From the NCBI GenBank assembly GCA_964484795.1, contig CAZAFN010000004.1:13-64012 (forward strand): a stretch of DNA of 64,000 nucleotides. The letters are read 5' to 3'. Of the stretch, positions 20,401 to 29,288 are shown piece after piece. Source of the DNA: an uncultured Alphaproteobacteria bacterium. Its GTDB lineage: Bacteria; Pseudomonadota; Alphaproteobacteria; Methylaequorales; Methylaequoraceae. The first letter of the stretch is position 1. Every line of letters starts with the position of its first letter. The position numbers and the translations under genes were made by a program. The notes under the pieces were generated by a model. It did not search any database, was not told where the DNA came from, and saw nothing but the letters and a program-made list of their open reading frames with translations.

Positions 20401-20922
20401 ATGTTTTTTTCTTTAATTAAAATTTTTGTTTTGACAGTTTTTTTTTCCACAAGTTTTTTTGATGTTTTTGCGTTAAATGATGCGCATTATGAGAAATATA
20501 AAATCAGCAAGAATTGTGAATATTGTGATTTAAGCGACGCCAAGTTAGATGAACTTAATCTTCAAGGTTCTAATCTACAAAATGCAAAGCTTGAAAATGC
20601 AACTTTGATTGGTTCAGATTTGTCTCCTAAGAAGATGGAGAAGACTACGTTATTCACTAATTTAGAAAATACAAACTTTAGAAATGCCAATCTAAAAGAT
20701 ACAGATCTAACGTTAAGTAAAATGTCTAGCAGTTACTTCAAAGGAGCTAACCTAGAGAACGCAAAATTAATAAAGAGTGATTTGTCATTAGGTAATTTTA
20801 GCCAGGTTAATTTTACTGGTGCAGATTTAACAGGAGCAATTCTTGAAAACACTAATTTAAAAGATGCGGTTTTTTGCAGAACTACAATGCCTTCAGGTAA
20901 AAAAAATAATTCTGGGTGTTAA
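20401..20922 (+). CDS. Secreted pentapeptide-repeat protein
   Basis: 173 aa with a signal peptide and tandem A(D/N)Lxx repeats (NLQGSNLQNAKLENATLIGSDLS...). Confidence 0.8.
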   Translation: MFFSLIKIFVLTVFFSTSFFDVFALNDAHYEKYKISKNCEYCDLSDAKLDELNLQGSNLQNAKLENATLIGSDLSPKKMEKTTLFTNLENTNFRNANLKDTDLTLSKMSSSYFKGANLENAKLIKSDLSLGNFSQVNFTGADLTGAILENTNLKDAVFCRTTMPSGKKNNSGC

Positions 20923-21407
20923 TTTTTTTTTTCAGGAACTTTGACTTTCCAATCCCTAGCAAGTTGGTTTGCCTCTTCAACTTGTTTTTTTGTTAATGAA
21001 CTGAATATTTTCTCATAATAATTCTGAGCATCTTGGTCACCTTTTACTCCAGCAAGTATGAACCATTTTAAAGCCACCACTTTGTCTACTTTTACTCCTC
21101 TACCTTCGGCATAAATTTCACCAACATTATATTGTGCAGTTGGAAATCCACGATTTGCTGATTCTAAATAGTAATTGAGTGATAATTCAAGGTCCATTTT
21201 TACACCCTCTCCTTTTTCGTGCAAATAACCGAGATTATTTAGTGCAACGATATCTCCTTGGTCAGCTAGATTTTTCCATATTTCAAATGCTTTTTGATGA
21301 TCTCCATCATTGTATGCCAATTGAGCGTCATACAGAGAAATTTCCTCAGAAAAAACTTGAAAAGCTCCAAGAAACAATAAAAATAAAAAAAAAATTTTTT
21401 TATGCAT
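20919..21407 (-). CDS. Sel1-repeat (TPR-like) exported protein
   Basis: Tandem Sel1 repeats (ALNNLGYLHEKGEGV, AQYNVGEIYAEGRGV). The start chosen is MHKKIFFLFLL, which carries the signal peptide. The longer ORF begins at 21470. Confidence 0.75.
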   Translation of the reverse strand: MHKKIFFLFLLFLGAFQVFSEEISLYDAQLAYNDGDHQKAFEIWKNLADQGDIVALNNLGYLHEKGEGVKMDLELSLNYYLESANRGFPTAQYNVGEIYAEGRGVKVDKVVALKWFILAGVKGDQDAQNYYEKIFSSLTKKQVEEANQLARDWKVKVPEKKN

Positions 21408-21494
21408 CAAATTTACAAGATTACAAATTAATTTAGCCACGGAACCTAGCACACTTTCTGCCCATTTCAAATGAAAATAATATTTATTTTTAAT

Positions 21495-21524
21495 TTGAAT
21501 AATACCAAATTTTGATTATATAAT
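21495..21524 (+). promoter_or_regulatory. Candidate sigma-70 promoter for the PQQ-ADH gene (TTGAAT-N18-TATAAT)
   Basis: Hexamers at 21495-21500 and 21519-21524, about 60 nt upstream of the ATG. They precede a strong AGGAGG RBS at 21572-21577. Confidence 0.3.
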
Positions 21525-21584
21525 GATACTAATCTTAATATTAACACTAAACTTTATTGCGTTTTTGACGCAGGAGGAAATTTT

Positions 21585-23252
21585 ATGGTAAATTTACCAA
21601 AATTATTGTTTGGTCTAGTGGCTTCTTCGTTTTTTGCATTAAATGCTAATGCAGCAGATACGAATGTTTCTCAAGAGATGCTCAGCAGAGCAGATTCTGA
21701 CAGTAGCAATTTTCTGCATACGAATGGTAACTATGAACAAACTCGTTTCTATCCAAATAGCCAGATTAACACGAAAAATGTATCAAAACTTGTGCCGGCT
21801 TGGATTTTCCAAACTGAAGTTGTTGACTCAATGGAAACTTCACCAATTATTGTTAATGGTGTAATGTATGTTTCAACTTCATTTAGTCATGCTTATGCAT
21901 TAGATGCTAAGACTGGTGAAGAAATTTGGCACTACAAACATAAAATGGGTCCAATAACTACTTATTGTTGCGGTCCTAACAACCGTGGAGTTGCAGTGAA
22001 AGACGATAAAGTTTTTCTAGCAACACTTGATGCAAAAGTTGTTGGTTTGAATGCTAAGACAGGAAGAAAACTTTGGGAAACTCAGCTTGCTGATCCAGAG
22101 CTTGGATATTCTGAAACAATGGCTCCTACAGTTGTTGGTAACAAAGTTCTTATTGGTACTAACGGTGGAGAATATGGAATAAGAGGTTTTGTTAAAGCTC
22201 TTGATGCTAATTCTGGAAAGGTCCTGTGGACTTTTTATTCAATTCCAGAAAATTCTGTTGGTGTATGGGAAACACATGATGCAACAGGTCGTGATATGCT
22301 TAGAGACATTAAAGCTGAAAAAGCTGCTCTAAAAAAACTAGGTGATCCATATCAAACACTTGGTGGTGGCGTATGGCAAAACCCAGCAGTAGATGAAGAA
22401 ACTGGAACAGTTTATTTTGTTGTAGGAAACCCATCTCCAGATTTAGATGGTTCAATTAGACCAGGTGACAATCTTTATACAAACTCTGTTGTTGCTGTTG
22501 ATCTTGAAAGTGGTAAATACAAATGCCATTTTCAGTACATCGCTCATGACGTTTGGGATTTAGATGCAGTTTCGCCTGTAATCATAACACCGGTGAAAAA
22601 TAAAGCTGGTAAGACGGTTAAAGGTTTGCTTCATGGTGGTAAAACAGGTCATGTTTATGTTCATGATGCAAAAGATTGTTCTCTAATCCGTTTTTCAGAA
22701 GCAATGGTTCCACAGGAAAATATGTGGGTTCTTCCAACGAAAGCTGGTAAGAGAATGCTTCCTGGTGCAAATGGTGGTGTTGAATGGTCTCCAATGACAG
22801 TTAATCCTAAATTAGGTCTGACCTATGCGATTAATCTTCATCAACCTATGACTTATCATGTTGAAAGCACTCCTTACCCTGGTGGTAAACTTTGGCTTGG
22901 TGGTGCATTCAAAGTAATTCCTGGTGAGCAGCAGTGGGGTAACATTACTGCAGTTGACTACAATACTGGGAAGATTAAGTGGAAAGTTAAAACTGATCAA
23001 CCTATGATTGGTGGAATTTTGGCTACAGCTGGCGGATTAGTATTTGCTGGTGAAGGTAATGGTTGGTTTAGAGCATACGATGCCAAATCAGGATCAAAAT
23101 TATGGCAATTCCAAGCAGGTGCTGGAGTTAACGCTCCTCCATCTTCATTCAGTATTGATGGCGAGCAATATATCGTTGTTGCTGCTGGTGGGAATGTTCA
23201 GCTAAATTATAAGCGTGGTAATAATATCATTGCTTTTAAGCTAGCTAAGTAA
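21585..23252 (+). CDS. PQQ-dependent alcohol (methanol/ethanol family) dehydrogenase, periplasmic; DxD motif suggests a lanthanide-dependent XoxF/PedH/ExaF type
   Basis: 555 aa with a signal peptide ending ANA-AD. It is an eight-bladed propeller quinoprotein with the vicinal disulfide YCCGPNNRG and the catalytic region HDVWDLD (D325 and D327). Confidence 0.9.
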   Translation: MVNLPKLLFGLVASSFFALNANAADTNVSQEMLSRADSDSSNFLHTNGNYEQTRFYPNSQINTKNVSKLVPAWIFQTEVVDSMETSPIIVNGVMYVSTSFSHAYALDAKTGEEIWHYKHKMGPITTYCCGPNNRGVAVKDDKVFLATLDAKVVGLNAKTGRKLWETQLADPELGYSETMAPTVVGNKVLIGTNGGEYGIRGFVKALDANSGKVLWTFYSIPENSVGVWETHDATGRDMLRDIKAEKAALKKLGDPYQTLGGGVWQNPAVDEETGTVYFVVGNPSPDLDGSIRPGDNLYTNSVVAVDLESGKYKCHFQYIAHDVWDLDAVSPVIITPVKNKAGKTVKGLLHGGKTGHVYVHDAKDCSLIRFSEAMVPQENMWVLPTKAGKRMLPGANGGVEWSPMTVNPKLGLTYAINLHQPMTYHVESTPYPGGKLWLGGAFKVIPGEQQWGNITAVDYNTGKIKWKVKTDQPMIGGILATAGGLVFAGEGNGWFRAYDAKSGSKLWQFQAGAGVNAPPSSFSIDGEQYIVVAAGGNVQLNYKRGNNIIAFKLAK

Positions 23253-23270
23253 TTTAATTTTTCAAAGGAA

Positions 23271-23305
23271 GGGGCTATGAAAATTCTCATAGCCCCTTTT
23301 TTTTT
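23271..23305 (+). terminator. Rho-independent terminator after the PQQ-ADH gene
   Basis: A perfect 10-bp stem (GGGGCTATGA / TCATAGCCCC) with a 6-nt loop, followed by T9. Confidence 0.7.
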
Positions 23306-23310
23306 GTATT

Positions 23311-23880
23311 ATGAATTTCAAAAAGTTAATTTTCTTAATATTTTTTTGTTCTTCCTTAGAACTTTTTTCAGAAGAAATGTCTCAAGAATTAGTGGATGCA
23401 CTTGAAACTTGTAATTCTTGTCATGGCAAGGAAGTGTTGGCTGATAACCCTGAAGTTCCTGTAATTACCGGACAAAGTCTCCAATACATATATCGTCAAT
23501 TGAAAGATTACAAGTCAAATTCTAGAGCACATGAAATAATGTCATCGATGGTTAGTGATTTGGAAAAAAAAATATTACTAGAGTTGGCAACTCATTTCTC
23601 TGAGCAAAAGTGGATAGATTTTAGAACGGATAGAGAATTTGATGAAACACTTGCGTTAGATATGATTGCATCTGGTCAGTGCAGCCAATGCCATGGAACT
23701 TTTAAAGAAAATAATCTTGCTGCACCAAGACTTGCAGGTCAAAAAGAATCTTATCTCATTGCGACAATGACGGCTTTTAAAAAGAGAACTCGTTTGAACG
23801 CACCGGATAAGTCAAGTTTATTTGAAACAATTTCTGAAGAGCAGATCAAGGCTCTTTCAGGTTACATTGCTAACAAATAA
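23311..23880 (+). CDS. Diheme cytochrome c (c4-like), probable electron acceptor of the ADH
   Basis: 189 aa with a signal peptide and two CxxCH motifs (CNSCH, CSQCH). Confidence 0.8.
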   Translation: MNFKKLIFLIFFCSSLELFSEEMSQELVDALETCNSCHGKEVLADNPEVPVITGQSLQYIYRQLKDYKSNSRAHEIMSSMVSDLEKKILLELATHFSEQKWIDFRTDREFDETLALDMIASGQCSQCHGTFKENNLAAPRLAGQKESYLIATMTAFKKRTRLNAPDKSSLFETISEEQIKALSGYIANK

Positions 23881-23884
23881 TTTT

Positions 23885-24859
23885 TCATTCAAGTACGAGT
23901 TTAATTTCTTTACTTTTAGTTAATTCAATGGCTTTTTTGTTTTCATTATTTTTTAAATTCTTGTTTGCTCCAGATTCAACTAAGAACTTTGTTATTTCTA
24001 AACTATTCTGTTTTGCAGCATACATTAAAGCTGACATACCTAGATTGTCTTGATGATCAATTTGAGCATTGTTATCAATCAATACTTGAAGTGTTTTAAC
24101 TGCATCAATTTGAGGCGTATCATCTGTACTTCCAGCAGCCCATATGAGTGGAGTAAGATCATTCCCGTGTTTTTTATTTGCGTCAACTCCATTCTGAATT
24201 AATATTTCAACTATGTCGTAAAATCCTTTTGCAGATGCATAGATTATTGCAGACTTTCCTGTTTCATCAACGGTATTTGGATTAGCATTTTTTTTTAATA
24301 GAAGTTTTACAAAATTTAAATTTCCATTAAATGAAGCTGCAGACAGAGGGGTTTCATTGTCGAGACTTCTAGTGTTTGTGTCAACATTCTTTGATAGAAG
24401 GTATTTTACTATTTTTTTTCTGTTTTTTTTAATTGCTTGAAGCAATGCTGTTTTTCCTCTTAAATTTAGATGCTCAAGATTTGCACCTTTGCTTTCCAAA
24501 AATTTAACTATTTTTAGATGTCCAGATTCTGATGCTCTGATAAGAGGTGTATTTGCAAATTTGTCTCGCGTATTTACAAGCCCTCCTTTTTGAACAATAT
24601 CAAAAACAACTTTGCCGCAGCCCTTTTCACTAGCTTCTAATAATAACAATGAAAGTTCTCTAGCTAATGGATTTTGGCCAAATGCATTTAATTTTTTAAT
24701 GACAGGTCGACATAAATCCTTGTTTTTATCTTTTAATTGATTTTCCTCACTACAAACATTCTTAGAAAACATTAAAATAAAAAACAATAAGGTATAAATT
24801 GTTTTGGTAAATGCTATTCTGAAGCATTGTGAATTTAAACTACTTTTATAATTGGCCAT
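23885..24859 (-). CDS. Exported ankyrin-repeat protein
   Basis: 324 aa with an N-terminal hydrophobic leader then at least six ANK repeats (TPLIRASESGHLKIVKFL, NETPLSAASFNGNLNFVKLLL...). Confidence 0.8.
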   Translation of the reverse strand: MANYKSSLNSQCFRIAFTKTIYTLLFFILMFSKNVCSEENQLKDKNKDLCRPVIKKLNAFGQNPLARELSLLLLEASEKGCGKVVFDIVQKGGLVNTRDKFANTPLIRASESGHLKIVKFLESKGANLEHLNLRGKTALLQAIKKNRKKIVKYLLSKNVDTNTRSLDNETPLSAASFNGNLNFVKLLLKKNANPNTVDETGKSAIIYASAKGFYDIVEILIQNGVDANKKHGNDLTPLIWAAGSTDDTPQIDAVKTLQVLIDNNAQIDHQDNLGMSALMYAAKQNSLEITKFLVESGANKNLKNNENKKAIELTKSKEIKLVLE

Positions 24860-25746
24860 TGAAAAACGTTCTTTCTTTTCTAATTTTTATTTTGGGACCA
24901 GAATATTCATTTTCAAATGAAAATTCAACATATAAACCATCAGGAATTATGGTTTCTGTTGAGACACATAAACTTCATTTTTTGTGCACAGGAAAAGGAA
25001 AAAAAACCTTCATATTAGAAGCAGGTATTGGTGCTAATCATCTTGATTGGTCAAGACTACAACCTAAATTAAGCAAGAAATTTAAAGTTTGCAGTTATGA
25101 TCGTACTGGGTATGGATGGTCAGAGAGAGGACCTAAACCAAGAGATGCGTTAACAATTTCACAAGAACTTTCTCAGGCAATTACTTTTCTCTCACTTTCT
25201 AAACCAATAATTTTTGTTGGGCACTCATTTGGTGGAATAATAGCAATGGTTTTAGGTTCAGAATTTTCCAGGATTATTGATGGTATTGTACTTGTTGATT
25301 CTATGCATCCAGAACAATACGAAAGATTTGAAGAAAATAATATTGATATTCCAGTTGAGCCAACTAGGGCAATCATCTACTCAAGTCCAGATGTTCTTAC
25401 TTATGGGATTCCTGATGAAAAAAAAAAAGAAGCCTATTACTTAGCTAGAACGGAAAAGACTAGATCATTTATGTTTAATGAAATGAGGAATATGAAAAAG
25501 TCATTAAAGCAGGTAAATTTTAAAAAAAAAAATAAAAAATCTTTAGTATTAACTCACTCAAGAAGAGACTGGGATGTCCACTCTATTGATGGAAAGATGG
25601 AAGATGTTTGGTTAGAACTACAAAGTGATTTAGCAAAAAATTTGAATGCGGATTTAATCGTTGTTCCGGATGCTGGTCACCAAATGCAACTTGAAAACTA
25701 TGACTTTATTTATGAAAAGTTGTTAGAATTTTCAGAAAACTTTTAG
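24829..25746 (+). CDS. Alpha/beta-fold hydrolase (esterase/lipase-like)
   Basis: 305 aa with a GHSFGG nucleophile elbow and C-terminal Asp/His (DAGHQ). An N-terminal hydrophobic segment suggests export. Confidence 0.75.
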   Translation: MNLNYFYNWPLKNVLSFLIFILGPEYSFSNENSTYKPSGIMVSVETHKLHFLCTGKGKKTFILEAGIGANHLDWSRLQPKLSKKFKVCSYDRTGYGWSERGPKPRDALTISQELSQAITFLSLSKPIIFVGHSFGGIIAMVLGSEFSRIIDGIVLVDSMHPEQYERFEENNIDIPVEPTRAIIYSSPDVLTYGIPDEKKKEAYYLARTEKTRSFMFNEMRNMKKSLKQVNFKKKNKKSLVLTHSRRDWDVHSIDGKMEDVWLELQSDLAKNLNADLIVVPDAGHQMQLENYDFIYEKLLEFSENF

Positions 25747-25756
25747 TTACTTGAAT

Positions 25757-26950
25757 CTAAAATAGACACTTACTGTCACTGATATCAAATCCAAGTGTAT
25801 CTTCAGCATTTATCTTATGAAGGAATTTCTCATTTGGCATTTTTGTAATTACTGCATTATGGGTAGATAGAAGGATTGGTTGTCTAAGTTGATTGTTCCA
25901 ATTTCTAAAACTACCTACCTTTCCTTTATACATATCTACAGCTAGAGTTTTTTTTTGGAATAGTTTTAGAAAGTTAATTTTTTCATTTTCATCTTTTATC
26001 TTCAGAGATTCAGCAATTATTTTAATTGAAACCCAAGCGGCCCAATCACTATCTTGCATCTTTCTGTCTTTTACTTCCCAGGACAAGTTGTAATCATTTC
26101 TTTGAAATCTTTTATTTAACTGTGGAGCTCCATTTCTTTCCCATGCCCAATGCCAAGCTCTAGGCGTTAGTCCTATGTCTCCAACAACTGGAGTTGGGTA
26201 CATTGTATTAAAAGGAAGATTCCTACTAAATTCACCAAAGTAATCAAAAATCACAATAGTGTCAGATTTTTTTCCCTTGGTTAGTAATTTAGGATTGTTA
26301 GCTTCTCTATCCTCTGGGTTTTTAGATAAAGTAAATTTTCTTTCATTAATAATTTTAAGTTTGTATTTTTTACTTGAATCTAAGAAAGACAAGTATTTGT
26401 TTTGGTCTTCATCTTTTGGCCCGTATAGAACTAATACATTTTTCCAATTTTTTAAAATTAAAAATTGTGCTAATGAATCTGTATACATCTTGTCAGAAGG
26501 AATAATATTAAAAAGGTTTTTTTTACAATTTTTTTCCCTAAAACTATTTTTTGAGATTCTTGCATTAATGAAAGCCAAGCCTTCAGGCAAAATATTAATT
26601 ATTTCTTCCATAATTTTTTCAGGTAGATCTAAAATAGTTATTGAGTTTTTTGGAAAACCCTTTGTCAATTTTGAAAAATCACTTAGATCGTTTATGAAAT
26701 GTTCTTTAAGTACTAATTGAGTTTTTAGTAGGCTTAATTTGACTTTATTTTCTTCAATGCCTGTTAATATTGCTCTGTTTTGAGGATATTTCTTTCCTAA
26801 AATAATTCCAGTATAACCCTTCTTTTCATTGTGATCTTCATCATTTCTAAATTTAATCAAATTGATGTCTACTTTTTTAATATCGTTTTTGGCATTACTA
26901 AAAGAAGTAATTAAAAAAGCAGTAAAGAAAACAAGAAAAAAAAATTTCAT
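25757..26950 (-). CDS. Periplasmic solute-binding protein of the type associated with PQQ-dependent alcohol dehydrogenase systems (Leu/Ile/Val-binding fold)
   Basis: 397 aa with a signal peptide. Its size and context match the 'PQQ-ADH system' SBP family. No cognate permease or ATPase is adjacent. Confidence 0.55.
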   Translation of the reverse strand: MKFFFLVFFTAFLITSFSNAKNDIKKVDINLIKFRNDEDHNEKKGYTGIILGKKYPQNRAILTGIEENKVKLSLLKTQLVLKEHFINDLSDFSKLTKGFPKNSITILDLPEKIMEEIINILPEGLAFINARISKNSFREKNCKKNLFNIIPSDKMYTDSLAQFLILKNWKNVLVLYGPKDEDQNKYLSFLDSSKKYKLKIINERKFTLSKNPEDREANNPKLLTKGKKSDTIVIFDYFGEFSRNLPFNTMYPTPVVGDIGLTPRAWHWAWERNGAPQLNKRFQRNDYNLSWEVKDRKMQDSDWAAWVSIKIIAESLKIKDENEKINFLKLFQKKTLAVDMYKGKVGSFRNWNNQLRQPILLSTHNAVITKMPNEKFLHKINAEDTLGFDISDSKCLF

Positions 26951-27921
26951 TATTCGACTATTAAGATTGCATATGGAGATTCTCCAACTTTAACAGACCG
27001 CAAGACTTTTCTTTTCTTTACATCTATAATTGAAATATCATCGGACATACCGTTTGCAACATAAAGATAATTGTCATTTTTGCTAAGTGCCATTCCCCAT
27101 GCCCGTTTTCCAACGAGAATATAATCTAAGATTTTTCCTGTATCAGGCTCAAAAACACCTACATGATTTGCAATTCCAAGTGCAACAAACCCCAAACTGT
27201 TTGTGCTATTTAATAGAACATCAACTGGTGTTATTTCCTCCTTCTTAAACCCTTTTGGCAAAAAAATTATTGTTTTAATTACTTTGAATGTTTCTGTGCT
27301 AATTATATTGACAATACTACCAAGCTCCGCGGAGACAAATAATTTTTTTCCATCATTAGATAATGCAAAACGTCTTGGTCTCCTGTCTACGGGAATGTTC
27401 TTTTGGATTTTTCCTGATAATAAATTTAGAACATGAACAATATCTGCCACTTCTGATGCTACGAAAGCAAATTTACCGTCTTTGGTTATTTGAACGCCCT
27501 CTGGTTCTTCACCAGTATTGAATTCTTGAAGCAACTTTCCTTCAGCCCAATCCCAGACAGTAGCTGTGGCATCGTCTTCATTAGAAACAACAAGATGTTT
27601 TCCATTGGGATGTAAATCAAATGTTTCCGGGGATAAAACATTTCTTATCCTACCTACTACTTCTAAGGAATTAGTATCATAAAAAAGTATTAAATCATCA
27701 TCAGCACAACCAACAAAAAAATATTTCTTGTCTTTTGAGAAGTGCATTCCTCTTGGTCTTCCACAGGTTCCTAGTTCCTGAATTAATTCTCCTTCTTTCG
27801 AAAGTATACTAAGGCTATTACTTCTTTCATTAGAAACTATTATTTTCTCCGAAAAAGCATTTGAATTAGATGTAGAAAGAATTGTAATAGCAAAGAGTAG
27901 AAATTTTAATTTTTTTTTCAT
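26950..27921 (-). CDS. YVTN-family beta-propeller protein (PQQ-dependent-catabolism-associated type)
   Basis: 323 aa with a signal peptide and repeated blades of DGK-x-FV/YV-xN. Its stop is adjacent to the start of the SBP gene. Confidence 0.75.
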   Translation of the reverse strand: MKKKLKFLLFAITILSTSNSNAFSEKIIVSNERSNSLSILSKEGELIQELGTCGRPRGMHFSKDKKYFFVGCADDDLILFYDTNSLEVVGRIRNVLSPETFDLHPNGKHLVVSNEDDATATVWDWAEGKLLQEFNTGEEPEGVQITKDGKFAFVASEVADIVHVLNLLSGKIQKNIPVDRRPRRFALSNDGKKLFVSAELGSIVNIISTETFKVIKTIIFLPKGFKKEEITPVDVLLNSTNSLGFVALGIANHVGVFEPDTGKILDYILVGKRAWGMALSKNDNYLYVANGMSDDISIIDVKKRKVLRSVKVGESPYAILIVE

Positions 27922-27956
27922 TAGATTAATTTAGTGATTTTTAAGGATTATTTAAA

Positions 27957-28481
27957 TTATTTTTCATCTAATCTTGGAATTAATTCAACTAGGTTGCAAG
28001 GTTTTGTTCTAGAGTCTAACTGGAATTTTAAAATCCCATCCCAAGCGTCTTTGCAAGCACCAGGTGACCCAGGTACTGAAAAAATGAACTTATCTTTTGC
28101 AACTCCAGCTATTGCTCTGGATTGTAAAGATGATGTGCCAATTTTTTTAAAACTTATATATCTGAATAATTCACCAAACCCAGTAATTTCCTTTGTAATT
28201 ATTTTTTTGACAGCCTCTGGAGTTGAATCTCTCCCTGTCAAACCAGTTCCTCCTGTTAAAATAATGGCATTAACGTTTTTAAATTTGAGGGATTTTTTTA
28301 AATAATCTTGAATTAAAACCTTGTCATCTTTTAAAAAAACTTTTTTAAACAATTTGTGTCCGGATTCAAATATTCTTTTTTCTAAAACCTTGCCAGATTT
28401 GTCTGACATCTCATTCCTTGTATCCGAAATGACTAATAATAAAATACTTAATTTTTGGAATTTTGCAGTGTTTTTTTTCAT
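27957..28481 (-). CDS. moaB: Molybdenum cofactor biosynthesis protein MoaB/MogA family
   Basis: 174 aa with the GGTGLTGRD motif of the MoCF_biosynth fold. Confidence 0.8.
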   Translation of the reverse strand: MKKNTAKFQKLSILLLVISDTRNEMSDKSGKVLEKRIFESGHKLFKKVFLKDDKVLIQDYLKKSLKFKNVNAIILTGGTGLTGRDSTPEAVKKIITKEITGFGELFRYISFKKIGTSSLQSRAIAGVAKDKFIFSVPGSPGACKDAWDGILKFQLDSRTKPCNLVELIPRLDEK

Positions 28482-28485
28482 ATCT

Positions 28486-29235
28486 TTAGAACTTAACTTT
28501 ATTCTTTAATAAATAATTGTGTATTTCAAGTAGATCATCCCAAATTCTTTTTTTTTCAATTGGGTTTCTAAGTAAATAAGCTGGATGAAAAATTGCTCTA
28601 GCCGGGATTTTTATGTTAAAATTTTCATCGATGTAAAAATGTTCTTTTCCTCTAAGCTTGGTAATGCCTTCATCAATTTTCAATAAAGATTTTGCTGCAA
28701 CATTACCAAGAAAAATTAATAATTTTGGTTTTATTATGTTTATATGTTCTTTTGTCGAAGATATACAAGTTTTAATTTCTTGGCTATTAGGTGTGCGATT
28801 GCCTGGTGGCCGCCAGAAAACCAGATTTGTAATATAAAAATTTTTAGTCCTATCAAGATCTATAAAACCAAGCATTTTATCAAGTAATTTTCCAGCTTGT
28901 CCAACAAAAGGTTTTCCATTTCTATCTTCTTCTGCACCTGGGGCTTCACCAATTAGCATGATTTCTGAATTTTGATTTCCATCTGAAAAAACAAGATTTG
29001 ATGCAATGTCCTTTAAATTGCAATCTAAATTATGAACTTTAACCAAAAGATTTTTAATTCTTTCAGATTTTGGAATTATGGAATTGTTAGATTCTTTTTT
29101 ATGTATAATTTTCTGGCAACTTCCTTTTTTGTCAAGAGTATCTTTTTCTTGAATTCTGGTTGATTGAGAGATGCAAGTTGTTATTCCCAACGATTTGTAA
29201 AATTCAATAAAAGACTTTATGTTTTTAACTTTCAT
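28486..29235 (-). CDS. Uracil-DNA glycosylase, family 4
   Basis: GEAPGAEEDRNGKPFVGQAGKLL motif and HPAYLLRNP C-terminal motif. Confidence 0.85.
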   Translation of the reverse strand: MKVKNIKSFIEFYKSLGITTCISQSTRIQEKDTLDKKGSCQKIIHKKESNNSIIPKSERIKNLLVKVHNLDCNLKDIASNLVFSDGNQNSEIMLIGEAPGAEEDRNGKPFVGQAGKLLDKMLGFIDLDRTKNFYITNLVFWRPPGNRTPNSQEIKTCISSTKEHINIIKPKLLIFLGNVAAKSLLKIDEGITKLRGKEHFYIDENFNIKIPARAIFHPAYLLRNPIEKKRIWDDLLEIHNYLLKNKVKF

Positions 29236-29288
29236 AGATATATAATATTTAGTTTAATGTATAAATGAAAGATTAGTAATTAATTGAG

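Noticed and set aside
21585-23880. Elevated GC (about 40-44%) of the ADH and cytochrome genes as evidence of recent horizontal transfer
   Set aside because: Other conserved, highly expressed core genes here (atpE, petB) show similar local GC elevation. It more likely reflects amino-acid and expression constraints than foreign origin.
24829-24859. 31-nt divergent overlap of ankyrin and hydrolase start codons as a regulatory oddity
   Set aside because: This is most likely start-codon over-extension of one or both ORFs. Internal ATGs (24772 for ankyrin, 24949 for hydrolase) are available.
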